From NCBI RefSeq assembly GCF_006345805.1, contig NC_043000.1, forward strand, positions 13,330,001 through 13,394,000: a DNA stretch of 64,000 bases. Direction: 5' to 3'. The stretch's first letter is position 1; each line of letters opens with the position of its first letter. The notes beneath the pieces were generated by a model. That model was given only the letters and a program-made list of their open reading frames with translations, was not told where the DNA came from and ran no database searches. This document shows positions 50,839 to 64,000 of this stretch, in pieces. The stretch is from Octopus sinensis. Lineage: Eukaryota. The translations under genes and the position numbers were made by a program.

Positions 50839-50843
<5 letters not shown>
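50480..50843. repeat. Fold-back with ~117-bp arms (50480-50597 / 50727-50843), each carrying a hammerhead copy
   Basis: Direct: atcaaaataagcaacagga...ttcctcatctg versus cagctgaggaa...ctgttgcttattttgat. Confidence 0.85.
50724..50811 (+). ncRNA. Type I hammerhead ribozyme motif, intact core
   Basis: Direct: stem I ATGCAG/CTGCAT, CTGAGGA, imperfect stem II aaggc/gc.gctt with a long loop, GAAAC-GGTC-GTA (self-complementary with G-U pairs). Predicted cleavage after 50805. Confidence 0.72.
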
Positions 50844-50881
<38 letters not shown>

Positions 50882-51104
50882 ATATATCGAGGGTATGAGA
50901 GGTATTGGTGTCAAGAAGACCCAAAAGTTGTCGGGTAACGCTAAGTAAGTGCCATAGATAGACCATGGTTAAGTTCCAGACTCGATAATGATACGAGTGA
51001 GGAGTTTAACGTGGGTCATGTATTAGCATGAATGTATATAAACTGACAGAATGAGATAAAAAATCTAAGGCTGTAAAAAGTTTTCAGAACAGTTATAAAG
51101 AAAA

Positions 51105-51154
51105 CGTCTTAAAGCTGTTTCCGGGATATTTTATATATCCCTTCATCAGAGACG
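51105..51154 (-). ncRNA. Hammerhead motif in left arm (stem III mismatch)
   Basis: Direct (minus strand): cgtct-CTGATGA-A-GGGAT..ATCCC-G-GAAAC-AGCT-TTA-agacg. Confidence 0.65.
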
Positions 51155-51228
51155 GTGCGAGAAAATGTTTGAGTATTAATTATTGTATTAGCTCTACAAT
51201 AATTAATACTCAAACATTTTCTCGCACC

Positions 51229-51276
51229 GTCTCTGATGAAGGGATATATAAAACATCCCGGAAACAGCTGTAAGAC
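51229..51276 (+). ncRNA. Type I hammerhead ribozyme motif in right arm, intact core
   Basis: Direct: gtct-CTGATGA-A-GGGAT atataaaac ATCCC-G-GAAAC-AGCT-GTA-agac, with palindromic ACAGCTGT stem III. Predicted cleavage after 51272. Confidence 0.8.
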
Positions 51277-51344
51277 CTTTTCTTTATAAATGTTCTGAAA
51301 ACTATTTAAAGCCTTAGTTTTTTTATCTCATTCTGTAAATTAAT

Positions 51345-51449
51345 GTATGTATGTATGTATATATATATATAATATATATATATATATATTATATATATAT
51401 ATATATATATAATATATATATATATATATTATATATATATATATACATA

Positions 51450-51484
<35 letters not shown>

Positions 51485-51518
51485 GTATGTGATTATGTAT
51501 GTATGTATGCATGCGTGA

Positions 51519-51551
<33 letters not shown>

Positions 51552-51968
51552 TGAATGCATGCATGCGTGCATGTATCTATGTTGTATGTATGTATGTATA
51601 TGTATGTATGTATGTATGTATGAATGTATGTATGTATGTATGTATGCATGCATGTATTTATGTATGTATGTATGTATGAATGTATGTATGTATGAATGTA
51701 TGTATGTATGTATGTATGTGTGTGTATGTATGTATGTATGTATGTATGTATGTATGTATGTATGTATGTATGCATGCATGCATGCGTGCACGTAACTATG
51801 TATGTATGTATATGTATGTATGTATGTATGTATATATATATATGTATGTATGTATGTATATATGTATGTATGTGTGTATGTGTGTGTGTATGTATGTATG
51901 TATGTATGTGTGTGTGTATGTATGTATGTATGTATGTATGTATGCATGCGTGCATGTATCTATGTATG

Positions 51969-52000
<32 letters not shown>

Positions 52001-52040
52001 TGTATGTATGTATGCATGTATGTATGTATGTATGTATATA
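51345..52040. repeat. (TA)n/(TATG)n microsatellite
   Basis: Direct. Confidence 0.95.
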
Positions 52041-52403
52041 TGTGTATATCACTTGCAGGTAGTCGTAGCGCTCGCTAAACGTTGTTATTCACTTATAAAG
52101 TCATTCAATTCGGCGAAAATCCCGAACAGGCAGTAAGGCACATTCTTTCCAGCGATAATCTCAGAAAGAAGATATCATTTTGTTACCTGATCTTTTCGTA
52201 AAGCCTAATGAATCGGGACATGTTGCTGGGTTGCTAGGGTAGAATGGACAGTTTGTGGTGGTGCTCCACTTTAAATTACTTCTTTACACGAAAAAGAAAA
52301 AAGGGAAAAGGAAAAAGACTCCCACCCCCCACCACCCCGCAAAAAATAAATAAATAAAAAACAGAAAGAAAAACTGCATCTTCCCCGTTGAGTTCAGTTC
52401 TGG

Positions 52404-52404
<1 letters not shown>

Positions 52405-52458
<54 letters not shown>

Positions 52459-52475
52459 CAAACAGACAGACAGAC

Positions 52476-52558
<83 letters not shown>

Positions 52559-52572
52559 TAGAGAGATAGATT

Positions 52573-52622
<50 letters not shown>

Positions 52623-52653
52623 CAGACAGACAACAGACGACAGACAGACAGAC

Positions 52654-52716
<63 letters not shown>

Positions 52717-52730
52717 TAGAGAGATAGATT

Positions 52731-52795
<65 letters not shown>

Positions 52796-52813
52796 ACAGA
52801 CAGACAGACAGAC

Positions 52814-52863
<50 letters not shown>

Positions 52864-52889
52864 TTAGGTACACACATATATGTATATAG

Positions 52890-52941
<52 letters not shown>

Positions 52942-52950
52942 AAGATATAT
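52405..52950. repeat. (GATA)n/(GACA)n/(GA)n microsatellite
   Basis: Direct. Confidence 0.95.
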
Positions 52951-52994
52951 ATATAGAGAGAAAGAGATATAGATATATTCCTGTTGACTTCGAC

Positions 52995-54365
<1,371 letters not shown>

Positions 54366-54855
54366 CTCACCACCATTGCAGTTATCTTGCACAGAAGTGA
54401 CATTGAAGGCAACGCAAGGCACTGCGATGGATTTTAATTGCTGCACACTTGTCGTATCTGGTAACGATAAACTGAAGGTCTTTGTTCCAATGTATAACAG
54501 ATACGTACACGTATACACACACACACACAGACATACATAGAAATGCATACATATACCCTTACATTCCACGCATACTTACATACATATATACATACTTACA
54601 TGCATGCATAATATATATTTATATATATATATATATATGCGTGCGCGCATATAGACATACATATATGCATGCACATATATGGAAATGTAGATATACACAC
54701 ACATTTGTAAGTGTACAGAAATAAGTTAAAACATACAGATCCACTCGCGCTGTAACACCCAAGCTTGCACACATGCTTACAAGTGCACATGCATAGCATA
54801 CGTGTGCGCATGCGTGCGTACATACATGTTTGCTTGCATGCATACATACATGCGT

Positions 54856-55174
54856 GAGGGCGCGTGGCTTAGTGGTTAGGGCATTCGGTTCATGATCGTA
54901 AGGTTGTGAGTTCGATTCCCGGCGACGCGTTGTGTCCCTGAGCAAGACACTTTATTTCACGTTGCTCCAGTCCACTCAGCTGGCAAAAATGAGTTGTACT
55001 TGTATTTCAAAGGGTCAGCCTTGTCACTCTCTGTGTCACGCTGATTATCCCCGAGAACTACGTTAAGGGTACACGTGTCTGTGGAATGCTCAGCCATTTG
55101 CACGTTAATTTCACGAGCAGGCTGTTCCGTTGATCGTATCAGCTGGGACCCTCGTCGTCGTAACCGGCGGAGTC
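54856..55174 (+). mobile_element. tRNA-headed SINE family D sharing its 3' tail with family C
   Basis: Direct: head with TGGCTTAGTGG and GAGTTCGATTCC boxes, central ctgagcaagacact motif, and a tail matching the reverse complement of 2485-2655. Confidence 0.85.
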
Positions 55175-55989
55175 TTTTTAGAATACATACATGCATATGT
55201 GGGCATGTGTACAGACAGATGAACTCGGTTAATTTCGCTTAAATTTCAGCAAAAGAGTTTTGTTTCTGGGTTAGCAACGAGCTCTTTTTCTCCATTGGTG
55301 GGGAACACGAAATATAAAACTAGAAACATCTCCATAGATCTGTCTTGAGTTATTAAAAAAAATGACTCTGTTACACCGATTTGAATTCTATGAAGAACTT
55401 AAATATCAAAGAACAACTTAAATATCAAAGAACAATGTATGTATGCAATACCTACCTACCTACATACATACATACATACATACATACATACATACATACA
55501 TACATACATACATACATACATACATACATACACACACACACAAACACATACATACGTTCAAACGTATGTCGTAGTACAAACATACGCACGTATGTGCATA
55601 CTTACATACGCATGTACAAATGTGCATATATACATACACATACATACATCAATACACACACTCATACATACTTACGTAGGTAGGTGCCTACATACGTAGG
55701 TACATACATACATACGAACGTACATAAATACGTAGGTACATATATATGTGCATGCGCAAGTATATACATCAGTCATCTAGGTGCCGTCCCTGGCACACCT
55801 AGACCCTCCTGTTTCTTCTCTCGTGTGCTGTATGCCAGGTGCTTGTATGCAGTCCCCTTTTTGGGTGTCGGCGGTCCATGAAAATCTTCGGTGGCCCCTT
55901 GCTGTCTTTCTCTTAACACTTCTAGTCAGGATGGTCTTTGGCAGTGATTTATGGCGTATTTCATCTTTTAACTTTTATAGCTGTTTCAA

Positions 55990-56200
55990 TCATTAGATTG
56001 CGGCCATGCTGGGGCATCCAAATGAAGAATTTTTAGTCGAATGAAAGGACTCCTGTACTTATATTCTTTTAACGCCTGGGACTTGTTCTATCAGTTGGTA
56101 TGCTTACGTCCCCGTAACTTAGCGTTTACCGAACTGTTAAGTCACGGGACGTAAACACACCAACACCCGTTGTCAAGCAGTTGTGGGGGACAAACTCAAA

Positions 56201-56237
<37 letters not shown>

Positions 56238-56290
56238 CGGGGTTCTTTCAGTTTCTGTCTACGAAATCCACTCACAAGGCTTTTGTCAGA
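55990..56290 (-). mobile_element. Diverged SINE family A copy
   Basis: Direct similarity. Confidence 0.7.
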
Positions 56291-56753
56291 AACTAGTGTG
56301 TTGGTGTACCTGTATATGTGGGCATTGATGAGCGTGCAGGTGTGTATCTGCGCACAGGAGTATATGTGTCTCCATGGACATCCGTACACGCATGTAAGTG
56401 CATGTCAAACTGATAGAACGTTTGACCAAAATGTCATATTCCTTGCTCGAAGTCGACTTTACTTTTCATGTTTCCTAATCGATAAAATAAGAACCAATCA
56501 AGTGCTGATTTTATCAAGCAATCTGTGACCTTGTGCCGTCGGAAGAAGTTGTCCCAGTGAGCTTCCAGAATCGATAGAACAACTGATCTTCTGGTCGAGT
56601 AGCCCATCCCGCTCAAAAGGTCCTTGAATAAGGATTAAGGATGTTGAACGAACCACCCATGTTTCAAGAGGTGTATTATTCAACCCTCAAGAATTCCTTT
56701 CAACACACAGCTAGGATGTTCCCCCACTACTTCTGCTTATTATTATTATTATT

Positions 56754-57938
56754 CAGTAGTTTTATTTTTATAGCGTGCTTTCACTTCACTACCGAGCGCA
56801 GCTCTGTGTGCCTTAGGTATGTGCTGTGATTTGTTGTGATGCTCTGATGGTTTTTGTATGGAAAGTGTTCTGCGTAGGATGTGTGCAGTGCCTAGTAGTG
56901 CAATTTTCTGTATGTTATATGTGTTTGTAAGTCCTGGTGTTTTTGTTATGTATTTGTCTGAATATTTTTTTTATCATGCCTAATGCACCTACTATGATAG
57001 GAATTGTTTCTGTTTTTAGATTCCACATTCTAGTTACCTCTATTTCCAGGTCTTTGTATTTTGAAAGTTTTTCCATTTCTTTTAGAGAAACGTTGTCATC
57101 TGCCGGTATTGATACATCAATTAGAAAGCATTTTTTTCTTCGTGATCTCTGACAACTATATCTGGTCTGTTGGCCTTAATTTCTCTATCTGTGTGTATCG
57201 GCATATCCCAGAGTATGGTTGCTTTCTCGTTTTCTATGACCTTTTCTGGTGTGTGCCGATACCATCTTTTTTCTGTTGTTATTCCATAATGTTGGCATAG
57301 CTTCCAGTGTATGTAGGTTCCAACTCAGTCATGTCTGTGAATATATTCCTTCTTAGCCAGGGCTGGGCAGCCAGAGATAATATGATTTATTGTTTCTTGT
57401 CCATCTCCACATATTCTGCAGTTACTTGTTATATTTCTTTTCATTACATGTTTTTGGTAATTTCTGGTGGGGAGGCTTTGGTCTTGTGCTGCAATTAAAA
57501 ATCCCTCTGTCTCTGCTTTGAGTCCTGAGCTTCTCAACCATTGCTGGGATTTTTCTTTGTCTATTTCTTTTGCGTTTAGTTTAGTCCAGTATTTACCATG
57601 AAGGGGCTTTTCTTGCCATCCTTTTATCATGGTTTGTTGCTGTTCTATTTTTAGTTTGGATTTCATTTGTTTTATAGCTTTTGTTGTTGTTTCTTCTTCT
57701 TCTTCTTCTTCTTCTTCTGCTTCTTCTTCTTCTTCTTCTTCTTCTTCTTCTTCTTCTTCTTCTTCTTCTTCTTCTTCTTCTTCTTCTTCTTCTTCTTCTT
57801 CTTCTTCTTCTTCTTCTTCTTCTTCTTCATATTTATTAGATTGTATGATTTCTTGTTTGTATTTGTCAGCTTCCTTAAATACTGAGAACAGTTTTTTGTT
57901 TTGCTCGTGTTTTGCCGCTATTTGTATCAGTTTTCCTT

Positions 57939-57940
<2 letters not shown>
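56754..57940 (-). mobile_element. 5'-truncated R4/Dong-type non-LTR retrotransposon (family 2) embedded in (TAA)n
   Basis: ORF track: KPLHGKYW...WLRSSGLKAETEGFLIAAQDQSLPTRNY...CRICGDGQETINHIISGC...RHD. Manual reading: ANRPDIVVRD..CFLIDVSIP..KYKDLEIE..IPIIVGALG. (TTA)n flanks both ends. Confidence 0.92.
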
Positions 57941-57941
<1 letters not shown>

Positions 57942-58023
<82 letters not shown>

Positions 58024-58025
58024 TA

Positions 58026-58070
<45 letters not shown>

Positions 58071-58084
58071 CATTATTATTATTA

Positions 58085-58120
<36 letters not shown>

Positions 58121-58132
58121 TATTATTATTAT
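57942..58132. repeat. (TTA)n/(TCA)n microsatellite
   Basis: Direct. Confidence 0.92.
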
Positions 58133-58959
58133 TGGCTTATTTTTATTGCGTACTTTCTCTGCCCTTCCAAACGTCGTTTTGCCATGAGTACGTACAGTGT
58201 TTTGGTATTCTCTAATTATACAGAAAGTATTCTCCCAAATATATGAACAGAGCCTTGTACATATTCAAATTTAAATCTTGAGACTTTTGTTACGTATCTG
58301 CTTGTTTTTATTCCCAAGGCGCGTATTATAAGGATTTTTCTGGTCATCTTTATTTCAAAATCTCATGTGAATGTAATTTCTTGATTTCTTTGAGATTATC
58401 GTCTATTGGGTCAGATTCTTTGTATAGGAAGCGCTTCCTTTTTCCGGTCGATTTTAACAACAATATCCGGTTGATTAGCCTTGATTTTTTTTTTTTCTGT
58501 GTGGATTTGCATATCCTATCACAAAGAAGGTGGACCTACGATACTCTTGTCAGAAGTGACACGCCACTGGTTTTTAGGTGACAAGCAATGTGGATTAAAA
58601 CACAATCTCTTGGCAATATCATATTATAAAAAGCTCGCTAAATTTGATGAAGAATTTTAAAGATTAACATATTTGTCTCAAAAGAATATATTTTTCGAGG
58701 ATACCTAATGATACAGCATTTCATCTTTACAACCTATGAAATTGCAAAACGCTTACAAATTAACAAATTATCAACTCAAAGAAGTACTGCTGATACAGGC
58801 TAACCCAGCATAAAACGACTGTTGGGACAGGCTAACCCAGCAGTGTTGCTGAGTTAGCCTGTCGAATGGGCGAGAGAGCTGTCCAACCCGGATGATACTT
58901 TTTTGGGGTAGCGCTTTTGGGTCTGCTATATAAGCCTGTATAAGGGACAGGCTAGTTTG

Positions 58960-59260
58960 TTCTCTCAGTGCCATGAGGTATATAAGGCCGCAACACGATC
59001 TCTCTAACCAGCTCTGTTTTCTGTCACTGTTCTGATCTCATTCCAGCTTCTCTGCTCTTCTCCTTTCCTTTCCTTGTCAATATTCCTTCGCCATGTGGTT
59101 TTAGGGTGCCCGACTACTTTTTTCTCCTCTGGCTTCAACTTTAGTGACACCATACAATCTCTTTCTCAATTTTGTCTGAAGAGTGTCCGATCCAGTTCCA
59201 GGGTCTGTATCTTATTTCATCCCTGATCTTGTTGGGGCATTAAACTCGAGGGATGCCCTG
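58960..59260 (-). mobile_element. Decayed RTE-type LINE 3' end
   Basis: Manual translation: IRYRPWNWIGH... ARGEKSSRAP, resembling the R..RW.WIGHVLR / G.R..GRPK motifs. Confidence 0.5.
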
Positions 59261-59336
59261 GATGACACACACTCTAGCAACACAACTGTTAAAAACCAGC
59301 GGCTTGTTTTTTATTCGTTGTCATGAGACCGCTGAT

Positions 59337-59569
59337 AAGGCGGCGAGCTGGCAGAATCGTTAGCACGCCGGGGAAATGCGTAGCCGTATTTCGTCTGCCG
59401 TTACGTTTTGAGTTCAAATTCCGTCGAGGTCGACTTTGCTTTTCATCCTTTCGGGGTCGATAAATTAAGTACCAGTTACGCACTGGGGTCGATATAATCG
59501 ACTTAATCCGTTTGTCTGTCCTTGTTTGTCCCCTCTGTGTTTAGCCCCTTGTGGGCAATAAAGAAACAG
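59337..59569 (+). mobile_element. Full-length SINE family B
   Basis: Direct: matches 4991-5224 and 23495-23730. Confidence 0.92.
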
Positions 59570-59599
59570 ATATTTATTGCAAATATTTCCATGTTGGCA

Positions 59600-60850
59600 A
59601 TATTCACGAGGAGTTGATTAAGTTAGGGAGTTTGCTTCAAAACACGCCAGGAAAAGACATGTGACTGTGTCGTCAAAATACTTCGAGAAAATAAAATAAA
59701 GTTCTAAAATGAGTTCAATTGCGACTTATGGTTTTAATAATGTAGACCAGAACGTTGATTCCGTAAAGAAATTTACAGAAGTTATTGGACGTACTTTGGT
59801 TTTATTCCACTGTATACACACCAATAAGTACTGTGCGCAGAAGTAAACTTCAGAGATTTCGATAATGCGATGACAGCTGTGAGAAATGTAATCATTTTGA
59901 AAGCTGACAGGACTTAACTTAAACGAAAATTGAATTAACTTTTGAATAAAATTGTAGCAGTTTACAGTGGTTTACTAACGTAGTATAAGTTACGATGGTT
60001 GAATTGTAATGAAGTACTTGAACAGTTTGTTGACTGTTTGAATGAAATAGGTTTCCTTTTTTTATATGAAAAGCATAGAACATGATTTTCCTCAGCTAAG
60101 TGATTTTTCTTTGGCTCAACAAGCTTAATTTGTACACGGATTTATCATTGCATCTAAAAGAAACATTAAACTACAAGGCTTGGGAAAACGGTCGATGTGA
60201 CGTTTGGTTTTGCAAGCAAACTCAGCATTTCTCAATGAGATCGAGAAGGTAAAAGTTTCAAGCACTTCTCAAGAACGAGGAAATTTTTTTCAAGAAACCA
60301 GCTCTAAGAATCTTAAACAACGTATGAAATAGTTTGCAAAAGTTATAAGGGTCGTGACTGAGCAGTTTTCTAGATTTGTAATTCAGAGAATTGGAAGAAT
60401 TGAATTCAATTTATAGTATATCCTGACGAAGCAAATATCACACATCTGAAATTAGATGACCTTGAGTGGTTTGTATTTAATAGAACTAGAAATGCAGTTA
60501 GTCGACTTCCAACTCAATTCTGTTAAGCAACAAAATTTCATAACACTTTCAACGGATGTTGATGAAATTGCACATGTACGTGTATAAGTAATCGTGAATA
60601 AGCATTCGATGCTGAACTTCCGAGAGTGTAAAAATGGATTACCAAAATTTCTGGTGCTCTTAAAATTCTTTTTAAAGTACTCTTAACCATTAGCTCATCA
60701 ACGTTCTCAATTCTAAACAATGTAGAAACAAACTAGAGAAACTAGATGAGTGATGACTTGAGTGATGACTTGAGTGATGCTTGCATAGGATTAAAATGTA
60801 CACGGTAAATTCATCCCACGCAACAACTGGTCTTTTGAGATTTAAGATGA
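59600..60850 (+). mobile_element. Heavily decayed hAT (Charlie/SPIN-like) transposase 3' region
   Basis: Manual reading: IKLQG, EMQLVDFQ, FSILNNVETN and ACIGLKCT fragments resemble hATC dimerisation-domain motifs. Confidence 0.45.
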
Positions 60851-60901
60851 AGAAAGGCAGTCAAGTAACATTCTTCATATTTCATTTTATTATCCTAGTT
60901 A

Positions 60902-61069
60902 AGGCGCAGTGTGGTAAGTAGCTTGCTTACCAACCACATGGTTCCGGGTTCATACCCACTGCGAGACACCTTGGGCAAGTGTCTTCTACTATAGCTTCGG
61001 ACCGACCACAGCTTTGTGAGTGGATTTGGTAGACAGAAACTGAAAGAGGCCTGTCGTATATATGTATAA

Positions 61070-61106
<37 letters not shown>

Positions 61107-61370
61107 TGTGTGTATTTGTGTGTGTGTGTGTGTGAGTGTGTGTATTTGTGTGTGTGTGTTTGTCCCCCAACATCGCTTGACAACCGATGGTGGTGTGTTT
61201 ACGTCCCCGTAACTTAACGGTTCGGCAAAAGAGATCGATAGAATAAGTTCTAGGCTTCCAAAGAATAAGTCCTGGGGGCGATTTGCTCGACTAAAAGGCG
61301 GTGCTCCAGTATGACCGCAGTCAAATGACTGAAACAAGTAAAAGAGTAAAAGAGTAAAGAGTAAAAGAGT
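60902..61370 (+). mobile_element. Full-length SINE family A
   Basis: Direct: matches 20675-21096. A diverged SINE-B (61378-61600) follows. Confidence 0.9.
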
Positions 61371-61669
61371 AGTTAGCAGAAGGCGGCAAGCCAGCAAAAT
61401 CGTTAGCGTGTTGGGGAAAATGCTCGGCGGCGATTGTTCCTGTCCTTTGTGTTCTGAATTCAATTCTTGCCGAAGCCAACTGTGATTTTCATCCCCCCGG
61501 GGTCGATAAAATAAAGTACCGTTCAAGTACTGGGATCAATGTAATTAACAAAGCCCTCCGCCCTAAAAATGGCTGGCCTTGTTTCAAAATGTGAAACAAC
61601 TATATCATCCTAGTATTATAAATGTATGTTGAAATTTATATTTCACAAGGCTCGTAGTTTTATAAGATA

Positions 61670-62750
61670 CTAGCAATACACCTCGGAGTTGCCCGGGTGT
61701 TATGACCTCCAGCCACATTGTATTATTTGTTCCTTTCTTAGGGGCAAAATCGGCACACGAGGAGTATGAAGCAAACAACTTTTCTTTATAAACATGATTT
61801 TCGATCCTTTTCTGGTGAACAACGCTGTAGTTTCCGTCTGCCAAATTCGGTCACAAGTCTGTGGTTGGCCTAGGGCTATAGTAGAAAACACTTGCCCAAT
61901 GTACCATGCAGAGTGTGTGTGTGCGCGCGCGCGTTTACATTTCTTGTTAAAACGAGTATTGTGTCCCACTATGTCATCAAACAGAGACCTATAAAATGAA
62001 TGCTGGATGGAAACACGTACTGAGGTCAATATGATCAATTAAATTTTTGAAGGTGATATCCCATCATGGCGACAGTCGAAAGACTAAATGGCTTCAAATT
62101 TAAGGTAATGGATTACTAACCACACATTTCGGTCTACTTGACTTCCAACAATTAACAATTGTAACTTGAAGTTAAATGGTTGGCAGTAAGAAAGATGTCC
62201 AAGTTTCTAAATCATTGCGCAAAATGTTGAGAAAAAGTATTTTTTCACCACAAAACACATACACACACAGGTGTCTCTGTGGTAAATTGAGCTACTACAA
62301 ATAGCAGTCAAATCTCACTTAAAACACCCTCTTTCATCAAAAGACACAGATTTATAGTATTTCAGGAAGAAAAATAATATGCGATGGGTTTACTACATCA
62401 GAGACAACTCTGGGCTAAACAAAACACAGACAAACATACTTTACATTAAGAATTTATGTACTAAATAATACTAATAAAGTTGACGGTATATCTTCGAATC
62501 TTGATTCTCGGGTAAAACTCCATGTATTTTAAGATTGTTCAAGCAGAGTTGCCTACATTAGCTGAGGACCTCAAAATTGTGCGACCCGACTTCGTTTTCG
62601 AGATTATTTTTGTAGTAAAAAGTTGTGCAAAACACATAGCCGAATGATTACTGAATCTTTTGATACCTCATACGTCAAAATCAACAACTCAGTTTTCGAA
62701 TCCATAAGGAACACACACACACACACACAATCTCTGTTTTATTATATAAA
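61670..62750 (-). mobile_element. Possible Helitron-like element
   Basis: Direct: a|ctag end with subterminal hairpin cacctcggagttgcccgggtg. The other end reads tttatataataaaacagaga on minus, like the 5' ends of 30368/31683. The interior was not verified. Confidence 0.45.
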
Positions 62751-64000
62751 TTAGTAAAATCGGCTGATTTTCTGTAGATCAGCATTTACATACACCGTAC
62801 TCGCTGGTTTACGGTACATCAGTAGTTATGTGGAGACGTCACATCGTTCCGTTGTATCTCGTAAATCTTTGTTAATTATCTAAATGAAAAATCCCTCTAG
62901 AAAGATGAAAAGCATGTTCAATTTTCATTCACCTGTCAGTTATTTGCAATCATTGCGGTTATGCGCCACCTTGGTGACCAGTCGCGGTAACACAAAATAT
63001 CAGCAAGAAAAACGAGTTTTACCTCCTGTAGCAATTGAATTGAACCAAAATATAAACAACAAAAGAGTTGATAAAAAAACCTATTAAGTTGAACTACAGA
63101 ACTCCCATAACTAATTTCTTTGTGATAAATGCATAGGTTTCTACTTCATTCTCCTATACTGTTACAGCATTGTATTTACATGTGCAATCATGCATTTCTT
63201 CAACAATAGCACTTTAAGATATATTTCAATAAGTGTATGATGATACATACAAAATTTGCTTTTTTCCACAAATTATGCATGCAAAAACAGGTGCTTTTTA
63301 TGCAGCAGTCCGTCTAATACGCGGACAAATACGATGACTAAAACACCTTTATACATGTAATTCTCCAATAACAAGACCTCGACTTTGCTTGTCATCTTTT
63401 CGAGGTTAATAAAATAAGTACCAGTTGTGTCTATAGTAGAAAGAAATACTTTATGGGGAAAATATTAAAATTTAGCCTCACTTGGCTAAAAAGATTCACT
63501 AACATTGTCTTAGTATGTGGTTGTTTTGTCATTCTCTAGACCCTTTCTGGTGTATTGCTTACGTCATCTTTTTCTGCTGGCATTTCATAATGCCGGTATA
63601 ACTTACTGAATATGAACTCTTTCGTACAGTAGTTGTATCCTCTCTTGGTTAAAAGTAAGAAGGAGGTGCTTTGATTATCATTTACTCTCCTAACATCTTA
63701 GTAATGGTGACGGCTTCGAGAATAGAGGTAAAAGTTTCTTAAATATTATTTTTAAAGTTCCAGCCTAAATGAGGCTAACGAGTACGTTAAAAAAAGCGTG
63801 AGTTGAAAAGGTTGTATTCCTAGAGCTCTTGGAGAAAATTTCCCAGGTTTTCCAGCTGTACCTGAGTCTGAATATCTGTTTCTCTAAGTAAATAATTCCC
63901 TCGAACTTTACTCAACAGCATGTTATGGCGAAGAGTAGAAGACCTTGGTGCCACGTATAATGCAACCGCAATCACCTGAAGACCTCCTAACAACAAAATC

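Larger units (their letters stand above)
51046..51336. repeat. Near-perfect palindrome: 142-bp arms with 7-nt loop (51188-51194)
   Basis: Direct: ...gagtattaattattgta TTAGCTC tacaataattaatactc... Confidence 0.95.

Noticed and set aside
56400-56730. Possible L1/Tx1-type LINE fragment
   Set aside because: Only vague similarity with no diagnostic motif that I could verify.

Overview
AT-rich, microsatellite-saturated animal genomic DNA with no host protein-coding exon, rRNA, true tRNA or CRISPR array that I can support. Nearly all listed ORFs are translated simple repeats. The tRNA-headed SINE families look like those of Octopus (inference from recalled consensus shapes, not a search). The window is a transposon graveyard: four SINE families, decayed LINEs (two R4/Dong-type RLE families, CR1/L2-type, RTE-type), Penelope-like elements (PLE), mariner/Tc1/maT and hAT DNA transposons, MITEs and non-autonomous Helitrons, plus one 100-N gap. 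The most striking unannotated signal is a dense set of type I hammerhead ribozyme motifs, about 12 in 64 kb, four with intact catalytic cores. Several sit inside long head-to-head fold-back structures (25099-25548, 50480-50843, 51046-51336), and one lies just downstream of a PLE RT/GIY-YIG ORF remnant. Other notable items are a MITE whose terminal inverted repeat is amplified into a 116-bp tandem array, an RTE 3' end with three zinc fingers, a frame-preserving 46-codon Glu-rich repeat in a LINE ORF, and microsatellite-associated insertions. Coordinates were read by eye and fuzzy repeat edges may be off by some bases.
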